Shown here piece by piece: positions 52,928 to 60,775 of a stretch of 60,775 nucleotides of DNA. The notes under the pieces were generated by a model. It was not told the DNA's origin. It was given only the letters and a program-made list of their open reading frames with translations, and made no database searches. Every line of letters begins with the position of its first letter. The stretch's first letter is position 1. This DNA is from Ilumatobacteraceae bacterium (GTDB lineage Bacteria; Actinomycetota; Acidimicrobiia; Acidimicrobiales; Ilumatobacteraceae). The stretch lies in NCBI GenBank assembly GCA_031424145.1, contig JANPGV010000177.1, positions 1 to 60,775 on the forward strand. The letters are read 5' to 3'. Made by a program: the position numbers and the translations under genes.

Positions 52928-53917
52928 TCAGGAAGCGTGACATGCGCCGATCTGAGAGTGGGTGATGGAGGCGCCGGCAGCGCCGAGAAACGATGAGCTC
53001 AATATGCGATCCGTCGTGGAGTGATCGAGTGCGTTGTCCATGACGAGAGCACCCAGTGATGCTGCTGGCTCCATCACCAGCACCCCTCCGGCGGGGCTTG
53101 CGCGACGGAGTTCACCGAGCAGACGCTTCGTAGCGAAGATCGATGACGCCCGGCCGATCGCTGAGCGCGAGCCGGTTCCACTCATCGGGGAAACGACGAC
53201 CGTGACGGTGTCTTCGCGGTCGTCGAAGGCAAGGTCAGCGTTGGTGGGGGAGGCGACGCCACCATCGACGAGGACGCGATCGCCGATGGTCACGGGCCGG
53301 ATGACGCCAGGGACAGCACACGACGCACTGATCGCATCTGCCAGATCCACGCCACTCTCCCGGTTGTAGACGACCCGCTCGCCAGTGGCATTGTCCGCGC
53401 AGCAGACCGACAGACGCCCGGCCGTCGGCCACTCGAGGGCAGGAACGAAGGGCAGCTGCTGGCTGAGGTCGAAGGTGCCAGGCCGAACGCAGTGGAGCCA
53501 CAGAGCTCGATACCGACGGGTGGCGGCGAGGTTTGCGGATCGGACCACGTCCTTCGGTCCCATCGGCCGGACCACGTAGCGGAGCTTCGGGATCGGCGGC
53601 ACTTGCTCGCCGTACTCGAGACGGTACGAGCCGACTGCCGGCGACAGGCACTGCGGCGTGCGAGCAACGACCGCGGCCAAGTCCTCGCTGTCGAAGCCCA
53701 TCGCGATGAGGGCCGCGATGACTGAGCCCGCGGACGTCCCTATGAGGTGCGAGGCATTCCGCAAGTTGATTCCGTGATCGGTGGCCAAAGCCAGCAGCAC
53801 TCCGGCAGTGAAGGCTGCGCCGGTTGTGCCACCCGCGCCCAGCACCAGTCGGAACCTCGACCAGTCGAGCTGCTTCAACTCCGACCAGTTGGTGGGCCCG
53901 TCGTCACCATCGGTCAT
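52928..53917 (-). CDS. Patatin-like phospholipase
   Basis: Trimmed to MTDGDDG (ATG at 53915-53917). Oxyanion GAGGTTGAA, nucleophile GTSAG (GxSxG), and catalytic Asp in VDGGV. Confidence 0.85.
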   Translation of the reverse strand: MTDGDDGPTNWSELKQLDWSRFRLVLGAGGTTGAAFTAGVLLALATDHGINLRNASHLIGTSAGSVIAALIAMGFDSEDLAAVVARTPQCLSPAVGSYRLEYGEQVPPIPKLRYVVRPMGPKDVVRSANLAATRRYRALWLHCVRPGTFDLSQQLPFVPALEWPTAGRLSVCCADNATGERVVYNRESGVDLADAISASCAVPGVIRPVTIGDRVLVDGGVASPTNADLAFDDREDTVTVVVSPMSGTGSRSAIGRASSIFATKRLLGELRRASPAGGVLVMEPAASLGALVMDNALDHSTTDRILSSSFLGAAGASITHSQIGACHAS

Positions 53918-54072
53918 CCACTTCAACGAGACTTCGTGGTGCGGACGCGCTGACCGCGAAGCCCGACCCTTCGGAAGTTCGCACAACGTCACACGTCCGA
54001 CTCTGCCCACCCTGCTGACATTCCAATCTTCGGCTTCGACATGTGCTCAGGTGGTGCGACGTTCGAAAGGTC

Positions 54073-54423
54073 TCATGACGCGGGGTCACCGGGTTCATCC
54101 GTCCAGAACGGCCGAAGTTCGAGCCGCCCGAAGCGGGACATCGGGTGCTCAGCGGCGATCGCGATCGCCTCGTCGAGATCCTCGCACTCGAGTGTGTCGA
54201 AGCCGGCGATCCACTCCCGTGTCTCGGCGAACGGCCCGTCGGTCACGACGAGCTTGCCGTCGCGGCGGCGTACGGTCGTTGCGTTCTTGACCGGGCGCAA
54301 CCTGTCGCCCATGACGCGCTTGCCCGAGGCCTCGTGCCTGTCCACCCAGTCTTCGACGTTGTCGTCCGACGGGTCGTACTTGTCCGCTGCCGGGTCGGTC
54401 GCGACAAACATCATGTATCTCAT
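54073..54423 (-). CDS. YciI/DGPF-domain protein, second copy
   Basis: Trimmed to the ATG at 54421-54423 (MRYMMFV). The core is DGPFAETREWIAGFDTLECEDLDEAIAIA. Confidence 0.8.
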   Translation of the reverse strand: MRYMMFVATDPAADKYDPSDDNVEDWVDRHEASGKRVMGDRLRPVKNATTVRRRDGKLVVTDGPFAETREWIAGFDTLECEDLDEAIAIAAEHPMSRFGRLELRPFWTDEPGDPAS

Positions 54424-54439
54424 CGTTGGCTCCCTGTAT

Positions 54440-54463
54440 TGGTTGGAGGGCTGGTTGGAGGGT
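54440..54463. repeat. 12-bp tandem direct repeat immediately upstream of the second YciI gene
   Basis: tggttggagggc followed by tggttggagggt (11/12 identical), 17 nt from the YciI start on the opposite strand. Confidence 0.85.
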
Positions 54464-54809
54464 TCTGGCAGTGCGACGAACGAGATCGCCGGAATCCGAC
54501 AAAATTTGTTGTCGAGCGTGTTGGACCCTGCCAGCGAGTACGGTGCTGCGTGCATGGGTGCCTTGGTCGGGATTGGTATTTTCTTGATGCTCGTCGGCTT
54601 CGCTCTCGTTGCACCCAGAGGTGCAGGCTCCGGATCGGTCTCTCATCGGAACATCCGAATAGCACCCACGGCGTTCACCACTACCCGCGGCTACGGGAAC
54701 GAACATCGAAGCGGGCACGGATCGGCATCCGGTTGGTCGGCCTGGCGATGTTGGCCGGCGGCTTGCTGATGATCTCCCTCGCCTCTCACTAGGTCCCGGG
54801 GGGAATTCG

Positions 54810-55700
54810 TTGATCGAAATCCCCTCTGTCGTTCGTAACAAGGCCATCGCCGTCGGTGCCCAGCGCTGGCTGGACGACTTGGGCCTTCTCATCGACAGCG
54901 TCGAACATGATTGGGACCTGCGGATCGGCCGGGTGTTCCCCGACGCGTCGGAAGCCCTCGTCGCCGAGACCACGTTGCAGGATGGTTCGGGCGCGGTGCT
55001 CAAGTTGATCGTGCCGCGCGAAGGCGACGCGGCCAGGCACGAGATCACCGTGTTGCAGTTGGCCAACGGTGAAGGCTGCGCCCGGCTCCTAAGATCCGAC
55101 GAAGCACGAGGAGCGTTGCTCCTCGAGCGCCTCGGCCCATCGCTCCACGATCTCGGGCTTCCCCTCGGGCAGCGGCTGGAGATCCTGGTCGAGGCCGCGG
55201 CGAAGGTGTGGCGGCCGGCCGTCGACGCCGCCCTCCCGACAGGTGCGGACAAGGGCCGCTGGCTGAGCGAGTTCATCACCAGGATGTGGGAAGAGCTCGA
55301 CCATCCGTGCTCTGAACGCGCCGTCGAGCATGCGCTCGGATGCGCGGCGCGGCGCATCGATGCCCACGATGATGAGAGGTCGGTGCTCGTCCACGGCGAC
55401 GTCCACGAATGGAACGCACTGCAAGCTGTAGATGGCTACAAGCTCGTCGATCCCGATGGCTTGCTCGCCGAGGCGGAGTACGACCTCGGCGTTCTGATGC
55501 GCGAGGACCCTGTTGACCTGCTCGCCGGCGACCCGTTCGAGCGGGCACGTTGGTTGGCGGCTCGTTCAGGGCTCGATGTCACCGCGATATGGGAGTGGGG
55601 TGTCGCCGAACGCGTCTCGACCGGCTTGCTGTGCACGAGGGTCGATCTGCAACCCGTCGGGCGGCAAATGCTTGCCGCCGCCGACTTCGTCGCGGCGTAG
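54810..55700 (+). CDS. Aminoglycoside/streptomycin 6-phosphotransferase-like kinase (APH family)
   Basis: 296 aa, TTG start. It has the Brenner-type motif LVHGDVHEWNAL and DPDGL, with overall collinearity to the APH(6)/StrA-StrB type as I recall it. Confidence 0.75.
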   Translation: MIEIPSVVRNKAIAVGAQRWLDDLGLLIDSVEHDWDLRIGRVFPDASEALVAETTLQDGSGAVLKLIVPREGDAARHEITVLQLANGEGCARLLRSDEARGALLLERLGPSLHDLGLPLGQRLEILVEAAAKVWRPAVDAALPTGADKGRWLSEFITRMWEELDHPCSERAVEHALGCAARRIDAHDDERSVLVHGDVHEWNALQAVDGYKLVDPDGLLAEAEYDLGVLMREDPVDLLAGDPFERARWLAARSGLDVTAIWEWGVAERVSTGLLCTRVDLQPVGRQMLAAADFVAA

Positions 55701-55729
55701 ACGGTCGGTCGAAGGTTGACTGATTGACC

Positions 55730-56224
55730 ATGACACGACTGTTCATCGCAGTGTGGCCACCTGAGGAAGTGGTTGCAGAGCTGACGTTCTTGCGTCGCAA
55801 GGACCAGCGCGGCGTGCGCTTCGTCCGCCCCGAGAACTGGCACATCACGTTGCGCTTCTTCGGCGAGGCCGATTCTCAGGAAGTGACCGACGCGCTCGCG
55901 GGTGCCAACCTGCCGCCGGCCCGAGCACACCTCGGACCGGCGGTCGACGTCATCTCCGAACGAGCGCTCGTCATCCCCGTCGCTGGGCTGGATGCACTCG
56001 CCGAAACCGTGAAGCAGCACACCGGCCGGATCGGCGAGCCGGACCGCAAGCGATTCGTCGGCCACCTAACAGTGGCGCGCGTCAAGCCGCGTTTCCCGAT
56101 GCCTTCGACGCTCGGCTCCCTCGTGAGCGCAGAGTTCGAGGTCGAAGAGATCGCGCTTGTCCAGAGCAGGCTGCATTCTCAGGGCGCTCGATACGAGACG
56201 ATCGAGACCTGGTCGCTCGACTGA
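55730..56224 (+). CDS. thpR: RNA 2',3'-cyclic phosphodiesterase (2H family, LigT/ThpR)
   Basis: MTRLFIAVWPP, with two H-x-T/S-x motifs (WHITLRF and GHLTVAR). A TTG at 55724 is an alternative start. Confidence 0.8.
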   Translation: MTRLFIAVWPPEEVVAELTFLRRKDQRGVRFVRPENWHITLRFFGEADSQEVTDALAGANLPPARAHLGPAVDVISERALVIPVAGLDALAETVKQHTGRIGEPDRKRFVGHLTVARVKPRFPMPSTLGSLVSAEFEVEEIALVQSRLHSQGARYETIETWSLD

Positions 56225-56273
56225 CCGCGCGCCGCCATTGGGCGGGCGGCCGACCCGGACCTACGCTGCGTCG

Positions 56274-56513
56274 ATGACAAACGATTCGTCTGACCAGCAC
56301 CCGGAGCCCGTCGTTGTGGCGACGTACCGCGACCGCGGCGAGGCGGAGGTGACCAGAGCACACCTCGTCTCGATGGGGGTCGAGGCGTTCGTCGTCGACG
56401 AAGTAGAGGGCGGAATGTTGCCGGTCGAGGGCGAGTCTGGTGTCGGTGTGCTCGTCCCGGCGAAGGACGCCGAAGCGGCCCGACGGGTGCTCGGGTTCGA
56501 CGACCAGAGCTGA
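56274..56513 (+). CDS. Small DUF2007-like protein (79 aa)
   Basis: ATG at 56274 (MTNDSSD). VVVATYRDRGEAEVTRAHLVSMGVEAFVVDE resembles the DUF2007 split beta-alpha-beta fold. The family name is from memory. Confidence 0.5.
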   Translation: MTNDSSDQHPEPVVVATYRDRGEAEVTRAHLVSMGVEAFVVDEVEGGMLPVEGESGVGVLVPAKDAEAARRVLGFDDQS

Positions 56514-56552
56514 CGGACCGAACTACCCTTCGGCTGGTATCGGATCGATCAG

Positions 56553-57494
56553 ATGATCGCGCGGCGGGGACGACCAAGCAGCAGGACACTCGGCGCGATC
56601 GCAGTTGCCGTCACGATCACCGTGTTCTCGTTCGCATCGACGTTGGTGAAGCGCGCCGATACACCCGCTGAGCTCGTCGCCTTTTGGCGCATGGTGATCA
56701 CTTCCCTGGTGTGGAACGCGATCTCGATCCTGTCCGGGAAACGGCCGAGCTGGCGAAACATCCGTCGGGCCGCACTGCCGGGAGTCTTCTTCGGCCTCGA
56801 CATCGCGTTCTTTTATCTCGGCGCGACACACAACAGCGTCGCCAATGCCGAGATGATCAGCGCGATGACGCCGTTCATCGTCGTTCCCCTCGGCGCCAAG
56901 TTCTTCGGCGAGCAACTGAACTCGCGTGCGCTCGTGTTTGCCGTGTTGGCCATCGGTGGTGTCGCGATCGTGCTCTTCGCCGCACCCTCAAGCGGCGACG
57001 CCTCGGTTCGCGGCAGCATCTTTGGCCTGCTCGCGCTTGGGTGTTGGGCCGGCTACATCGCCGGCACGCGACGCGTCCGGGGGGAGATGGACGTCGCCGG
57101 CTACATGGCAGCGATGACTCCCGTGGCGACGATCGCGGTGCTACCGCTGGCCCTGCTCCATGGCGACATGCTCTCGATCACGGCCCATGGATGGCGGTAC
57201 ACGGTGATGCTCACCCTGATGACCGGCGTGCTCGCTCATGGGTTGATGGTGTTCGCGCAGAGCACGATCCCGATCGGCACCATCGGCATCGCTCAGATCG
57301 CCCAGCCAGCGCTCGCCGCGCTGTGGTCCTTCCTGCTGCTCGGTGAGACGTTGCGCGGATGGCAGGTGATTGGGATGGCCATTGTGCTCGTCGGCCTGCT
57401 CGGATTCGTGCTGTTGAACCAACGCAGGAACTTCCAGACCGGCACGCTGGCCGAGCCAGTCTCGGCGACAGAGGACTTCAGCGCCTCTGCTTGA
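56553..57494 (+). CDS. DMT-superfamily (EamA-type) transporter, second copy
   Basis: 313 aa, about 10 TM helices in two EamA-like halves. Confidence 0.85.
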   Translation: MIARRGRPSSRTLGAIAVAVTITVFSFASTLVKRADTPAELVAFWRMVITSLVWNAISILSGKRPSWRNIRRAALPGVFFGLDIAFFYLGATHNSVANAEMISAMTPFIVVPLGAKFFGEQLNSRALVFAVLAIGGVAIVLFAAPSSGDASVRGSIFGLLALGCWAGYIAGTRRVRGEMDVAGYMAAMTPVATIAVLPLALLHGDMLSITAHGWRYTVMLTLMTGVLAHGLMVFAQSTIPIGTIGIAQIAQPALAALWSFLLLGETLRGWQVIGMAIVLVGLLGFVLLNQRRNFQTGTLAEPVSATEDFSASA

Positions 57495-57647
57495 GAGCCA
57501 CGGTCCACAAGGGGGAGATTGGGCTTGTTTGTATTTCAAACGGTATCGCTGCCAGGGACTTTGGTCTCTGGTGACGGAGCAAATCACTGTCGATACTGTC
57601 TATACGGACGCCAAAGACGCCCTCGAATCGAATGGTGGCGCGTCGAC

Positions 57648-58927
57648 ATGACGATGTTGGAGAACGAGAAGTACTACAAGGGCATCGCCGAGGTGCTCGC
57701 TGTCATGCCAGAACGCGTCATTCGATACCGGGTCCCTGGTCTCACGGTCAGCTATTGCAACGCGGCCTGGGCTGCAGGCCACGGTCTCGCACCGGATGAT
57801 GTGATCGGTCACCAGCTCGATGAGTTTCTGTCCGAAGACGAGCTAGAGGGTCTCGAATCCCAGCTTGCCCTCCTGAGCCCCTCCAATCCTGTTCTCGCCG
57901 ATGAGGTCGCCCGGCCTGCTCCCAACGCTCCGGGGCAGTGGGTCGAGTGGGTCGATCGGTACCTTCCGGGCGCAGATGGCGCAGAGGTCCTTGCCGTGGG
58001 CCGAGATGTCACCGGCCGTCCTTTGCGGAGTTGAACCTGGCGGCCAGCGAGGCCCGGTTCCGCAGCCTCGCCGACAAGTCTGCCGATGTCGTGTGGCGGT
58101 TCGTCGTCGACCCGCACCCGCGCTTTGACTACGTGAGCCCGTCGGTCGAGCGCATCCTCGGGTACCCGGCATCACTGTTTCTCGATGACTTCACCCAGTT
58201 CGTCGCCATCCTCGATGACGACAGCAGGGCCGCGATCGAGAGGGCCTTCCACGGCGAGCCACTGCCCGAGCGCTGCGACTTTCGCTATCGCCACGCCAAT
58301 GGCTCGATCGTGATCGGCGAAATGCAGACCACTCCAATTCGCGGTGGCCTGCAAGGCGTCAGCCGCGACGTGACCGAGTTACGCCAACTGCAGGAGAAGC
58401 TGACGGCTCTGGCTTTGCGTGACCCCTTGACCGGACTAGCGAACAGACGACTGTTCAACGAGTTACTTGATGTGGAGCTCGCACGTACGCAGCGAAACGG
58501 CCTGCTGCTCGCTGTCGCCTACCTCGACCTCGACGGCTTCAAGACCATCAACGACACGTACGGCCACGATGCCGGTGACATCGTGCTGTGTGAGACAGCT
58601 CGCAGGCTCCTGTCGATCGTGCGCGGCGCCGATGTCGTGGCACGCTTCGGCGTCGACGAGTTCGTGATCGTCTACGAGCCGACCGGCTCGGGCACCGACA
58701 ACCTCGTCGCCCGCGTGCAGCGAGCCTTGTCCGTTCCCATCGACATCGCCGCCGGCATCGCCGTCAACTGCCCGGCAAGCATCGGCGTGTCAGACACCCT
58801 CACTTCTGGACACGACGCCGCCGCCCTGCTGACAGCAGCCGACGATGCCATGTACAAATCGAAGAGAGCTCGTCAGCGCGATCGAGATGCTGGCGTTCCG
58901 TGGCAGGAGCAGCCCGCGTTTCGGTGA
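57648..58927 (+). pseudogene. PAS-PAS-GGDEF diguanylate-cyclase-like gene interrupted by a 1-nt frameshift; A-site motif is GVDEF
   Basis: Frame A (57648..58034) encodes PAS1 and ends ...LAVGRDVTGRPLRS*. The frame one nucleotide back continues ...FAELNLAASEARFRSLAD, then PAS2 and GGDEF (LRDPLTGLANRR...RFGVDEF), up to 58927. The junction is at about 58013-58020. Confidence 0.75.
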
Positions 58928-59028
58928 GATCGTCCGGAGACCCGGAGGGGTCGTAGCACCAATGTCCAATGTGTTCGGCACAGGGTTGGTGGGACAGTGA
59001 TTCGAGACCGACGGACTGGAGGACTCCC

Positions 59029-59994
59029 GTGAGGTTCCTGCGCGTGATGCTACTGATGACCTTCTTGACGACGGCATATGCCCCCGCCGCGCAGGCGGCC
59101 GCTCCCGTGGGATCGCTCAAGCAGTACCGCGTGCCCACCGCGAACAGCAAACCGAGGTACATCACCAACGGCGCCGACGGCAACCGATGGTTCACGGAGA
59201 GCTCGGAGTTCCTGCCCCCGGCGATCGGCCGCATCACACCGGCCGGCGCCATCACGGAGTTCGCCATCACCTGCAACTTCTGCATCCTCAACGACATCAT
59301 CCAGGGGCCCGGCGGCATCTTGTACTTCACCTCGAACGACGCGTTTCTGGGCCGGATCACGACGGCCGGCGCTCAGTTGGCCGACATTCCGATACCCAAC
59401 TCCGCTGCCTTGGCCGGCAATCTCGATGTGCACGGAAGCGACATCTGGATCACCGACTTCAACAACAACAGCATCTGGCGATACAGCATCGCTACGGGCG
59501 TGTTCACCCAGTTCCTCGTGCCGACGCCGGCGGCGACGCCTGCTGACGTGGTCGTCGATGCGGCTGGCATCGTGTGGTTCACCGAATCGGGAGGCGGCAA
59601 TATCGGGCGGCTCAACCCGACGAGGGGCACAATCACCGAGACCGCCACGGGGGTCTTCCCTCAAGGCATCGCCATCGCTGCCGATGGCCAGATCTGGTTC
59701 ACCTCCCGCTTCGTGCCGGAGGCCGTTGGCCGTCTCAACCCGGCGACCAATTTCGTCACGGTGTTCCCGGTCACGAACACTGGTCCGCAATCCATCGCTG
59801 CTGCGCCTGACGGCTCGTTGTGGTTCACGCAGACCACGGCAGGCAACATTGCCAAGATCGGCAACAACGGTGTCATCAGCGAAACCAAAGCAGTGAGGGG
59901 CAGTGAGCCGTTCGGGATCACGGTCGACTCGGCCGGCAACCCCTGGTACACGATGTTGGCGGCCAACAAGATCGCCGAGTTCCAACTGCGGTAG
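59029..59994 (+). CDS. Secreted Vgb (virginiamycin B lyase)-like beta-propeller protein
   Basis: GTG at 59029 with GGAGGA upstream. The signal peptide is VRFLRVMLLMTFLTTAYAPAAQA. The repeat unit G...I..G.DG..WFTE...N.IGR.. recurs about 6-7 times. Confidence 0.75.
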   Translation: MRFLRVMLLMTFLTTAYAPAAQAAAPVGSLKQYRVPTANSKPRYITNGADGNRWFTESSEFLPPAIGRITPAGAITEFAITCNFCILNDIIQGPGGILYFTSNDAFLGRITTAGAQLADIPIPNSAALAGNLDVHGSDIWITDFNNNSIWRYSIATGVFTQFLVPTPAATPADVVVDAAGIVWFTESGGGNIGRLNPTRGTITETATGVFPQGIAIAADGQIWFTSRFVPEAVGRLNPATNFVTVFPVTNTGPQSIAAAPDGSLWFTQTTAGNIAKIGNNGVISETKAVRGSEPFGITVDSAGNPWYTMLAANKIAEFQLR

Positions 59995-60184
59995 CCAAAC
60001 GGCCTCACAACCCTCGACTTGAGCCGCTCCGTAGCCCGATGGCAGATCGCTGAGCCACAGAACGATTCCAGTCCAAGCAAACGTCAGTAGCACAACGCCG
60101 CCGGCGGCCACGCCGCGCACCCACGCCTTCGACGACGCGACATTCATCGTCCAACGGGGCATGGCGGCTCCCCGTCACCGACGT

Positions 60185-60565
60185 TCAGGGATGCAAGTAG
60201 AAGACCTTGCTGAGAATCTTCCACTGGTCATCGATCTTGACGAGATTGAAGAAATCGGTGAAGCGGTGACCCGTCCAGTTGTCGACATCCAGCCGCACGC
60301 TGGCTGCGGTGCCAACCACGTCGATACTGGTGAACCGGGTCTCGATGTCCGTTGCCGGACCATTGCCGTCATTCCAGTCGTAGAGATCCTGAATCGGTCC
60401 GACGAAGAGATCGGGGCCGACGTAGCCACAGATCGTGGCGTCGTCATGGAACGCGGGCTTCATCGCCTCGCCCTTGCCGGTTCTTGCACCGTCGATGTAG
60501 GCCTGCATCACCTGAGTGATCTCATCGACATCGTTGACGTAGGTGGTGGTCGTGGTCTCGGACAT
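60185..60565 (-). CDS. NTF2-like protein (putative lumazine-binding type)
   Basis: 126 aa. V...YIDG...G......AFH.DA.I.G and a C-terminal WKI..K.FH-like ending (DDQWKILSKVFYLHP). Confidence 0.7.
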   Translation of the reverse strand: MSETTTTTYVNDVDEITQVMQAYIDGARTGKGEAMKPAFHDDATICGYVGPDLFVGPIQDLYDWNDGNGPATDIETRFTSIDVVGTAASVRLDVDNWTGHRFTDFFNLVKIDDQWKILSKVFYLHP

Positions 60566-60665
60566 TGTTTCCCCTCGCTCTCCTCGTACGGAAAAGGCTT
60601 GGATCGTGTGTCATCAGCGTGATCGGAGCTGAGGCAGGCAGCAATCGAAGCTGAAAGAGTGTAGG

Positions 60666-60775
60666 TCAGTTCGCGCGATGGCTGAGAAAGACGAGCTCAC
60701 GCCCGGGCCTGTCGGGAGCGTCACGGATCTCTGTCAGCTCGTACCCTTCTCGAACCAACGAGTCCTCGATCTCAG
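60666..60775 (-). CDS. C-terminal end of an unidentified CDS running off the window (possibly methyltransferase-like)
   Basis: Open reverse-strand frame ...EIEDSLVREGYELTEIRDAPDRPGRELVFLSHRAN*, with its stop at 60666-60668. Only 36 codons are visible. Confidence 0.3.
   Translation of the reverse strand, partial: EIEDSLVREGYELTEIRDAPDRPGRELVFLSHRAN

Noticed and set aside
52928-53917. Patatin-like phospholipase considered as a CBASS-type or other anti-phage effector.
   Set aside because: No CD-NTase/cyclase, SMODS, E1/E2-like or other defence-associated gene is adjacent. The neighbours are a Rieske-membrane fusion and a catalase. The nearest GGDEF gene is 3.7 kb away, on the opposite strand, and is frameshifted.
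54554-54769. 72-codon ORF starting MGALVGIGIFLMLVGFALVAP in the long gap before the APH-like gene, and a shorter ...VGLAMLAGGLLMISLASH ORF ending at 54792.
   Set aside because: After one hydrophobic stretch the products turn into Gly/Ser/Arg/Trp-rich nonsense. There is no SD and no coupling signal. I treat the region as non-coding pending RNA or proteomic data.
60080-60100. Perfect 12-bp palindrome GCCGCCGGCGGC in the gap between the Vgb-like and NTF2-like genes, considered as a terminator or operator.
   Set aside because: It has no loop and a GC-only composition. Such short GC palindromes are common at this GC content, and there is no flanking U-tract or second half-site.
1-60775. Search for mobile elements, integrases, phage genes, tRNA/rRNA genes, CRISPR arrays and toxin-antitoxin pairs.
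   Set aside because: No translation resembles a transposase, recombinase, Cas or phage structural protein. No cloverleaf-like or rRNA-like conserved sequence was noticed in the short intergenic regions. By-eye detection of tRNAs is imperfect, so a tRNA scan should confirm this.

Overview
High-GC, Actinomycetota-like chromosomal window. It is densely coding, and I saw no rRNA, tRNA, CRISPR array, transposase or integrase. All calls come from reading the six-frame translations and the DNA. No database search was run, so family and DUF names are from memory.

The dominant feature is a complete group 1h/5 (Hhy-type, putatively high-affinity) [NiFe]-hydrogenase supercluster on the minus strand, about 7.7-21.5 kb. 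Its gene order is: SIS-like/HypC fusion, SIS, hypE, hypF, hhyS, hhyL, NifU-like, three conserved unknowns, maturation protease, a 34-aa membrane ORF missing from the ORF track, a YceI-like protein, hypC, hypD. hypA (23.9 kb, plus strand) and hypB (1-321, window edge) are unlinked from this run. A five-gene lipid/membrane module (DUF1206-like, two PAP2 phosphatases, ankyrin, DAG-kinase-like) continues the operon after hypD.

Most interesting lead: the operon-encoded cytoplasmic YceI-like protein has a clear paralog fused to a PadR DNA-binding domain at 22.6-23.7 kb. That gene sits between the operon head and hypA. Together they suggest a carrier plus sensor pair for an isoprenoid or quinone ligand attached to a hydrogenase that has no membrane anchor or cytochrome b.

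Other modules:
- An 8-gene overlapping operon: acyl-CoA dehydrogenase, four-subunit 2-oxoacid:ferredoxin oxidoreductase, acyl-CoA ligase, TetR, NTF2-like. It lies divergent from a large catalase.
- An ECF42-like sigma factor with a YciI/DGPF partner.
- A cupredoxin lipoprotein with two ferritin-like proteins.
- A solitary ectC next to an amidase, flanked by two gene remnants.
- A patatin / DUF2231-Rieske / unknown operon.
- An SPFH-NfeD operon with a racemase and a PCD-VOC fusion.
- A frameshifted PAS-PAS-GGDEF gene with a degenerate GVDEF motif.

About twenty gene junctions are 4-nt ATGA/GTGA start-stop overlaps. I used these to choose start codons.
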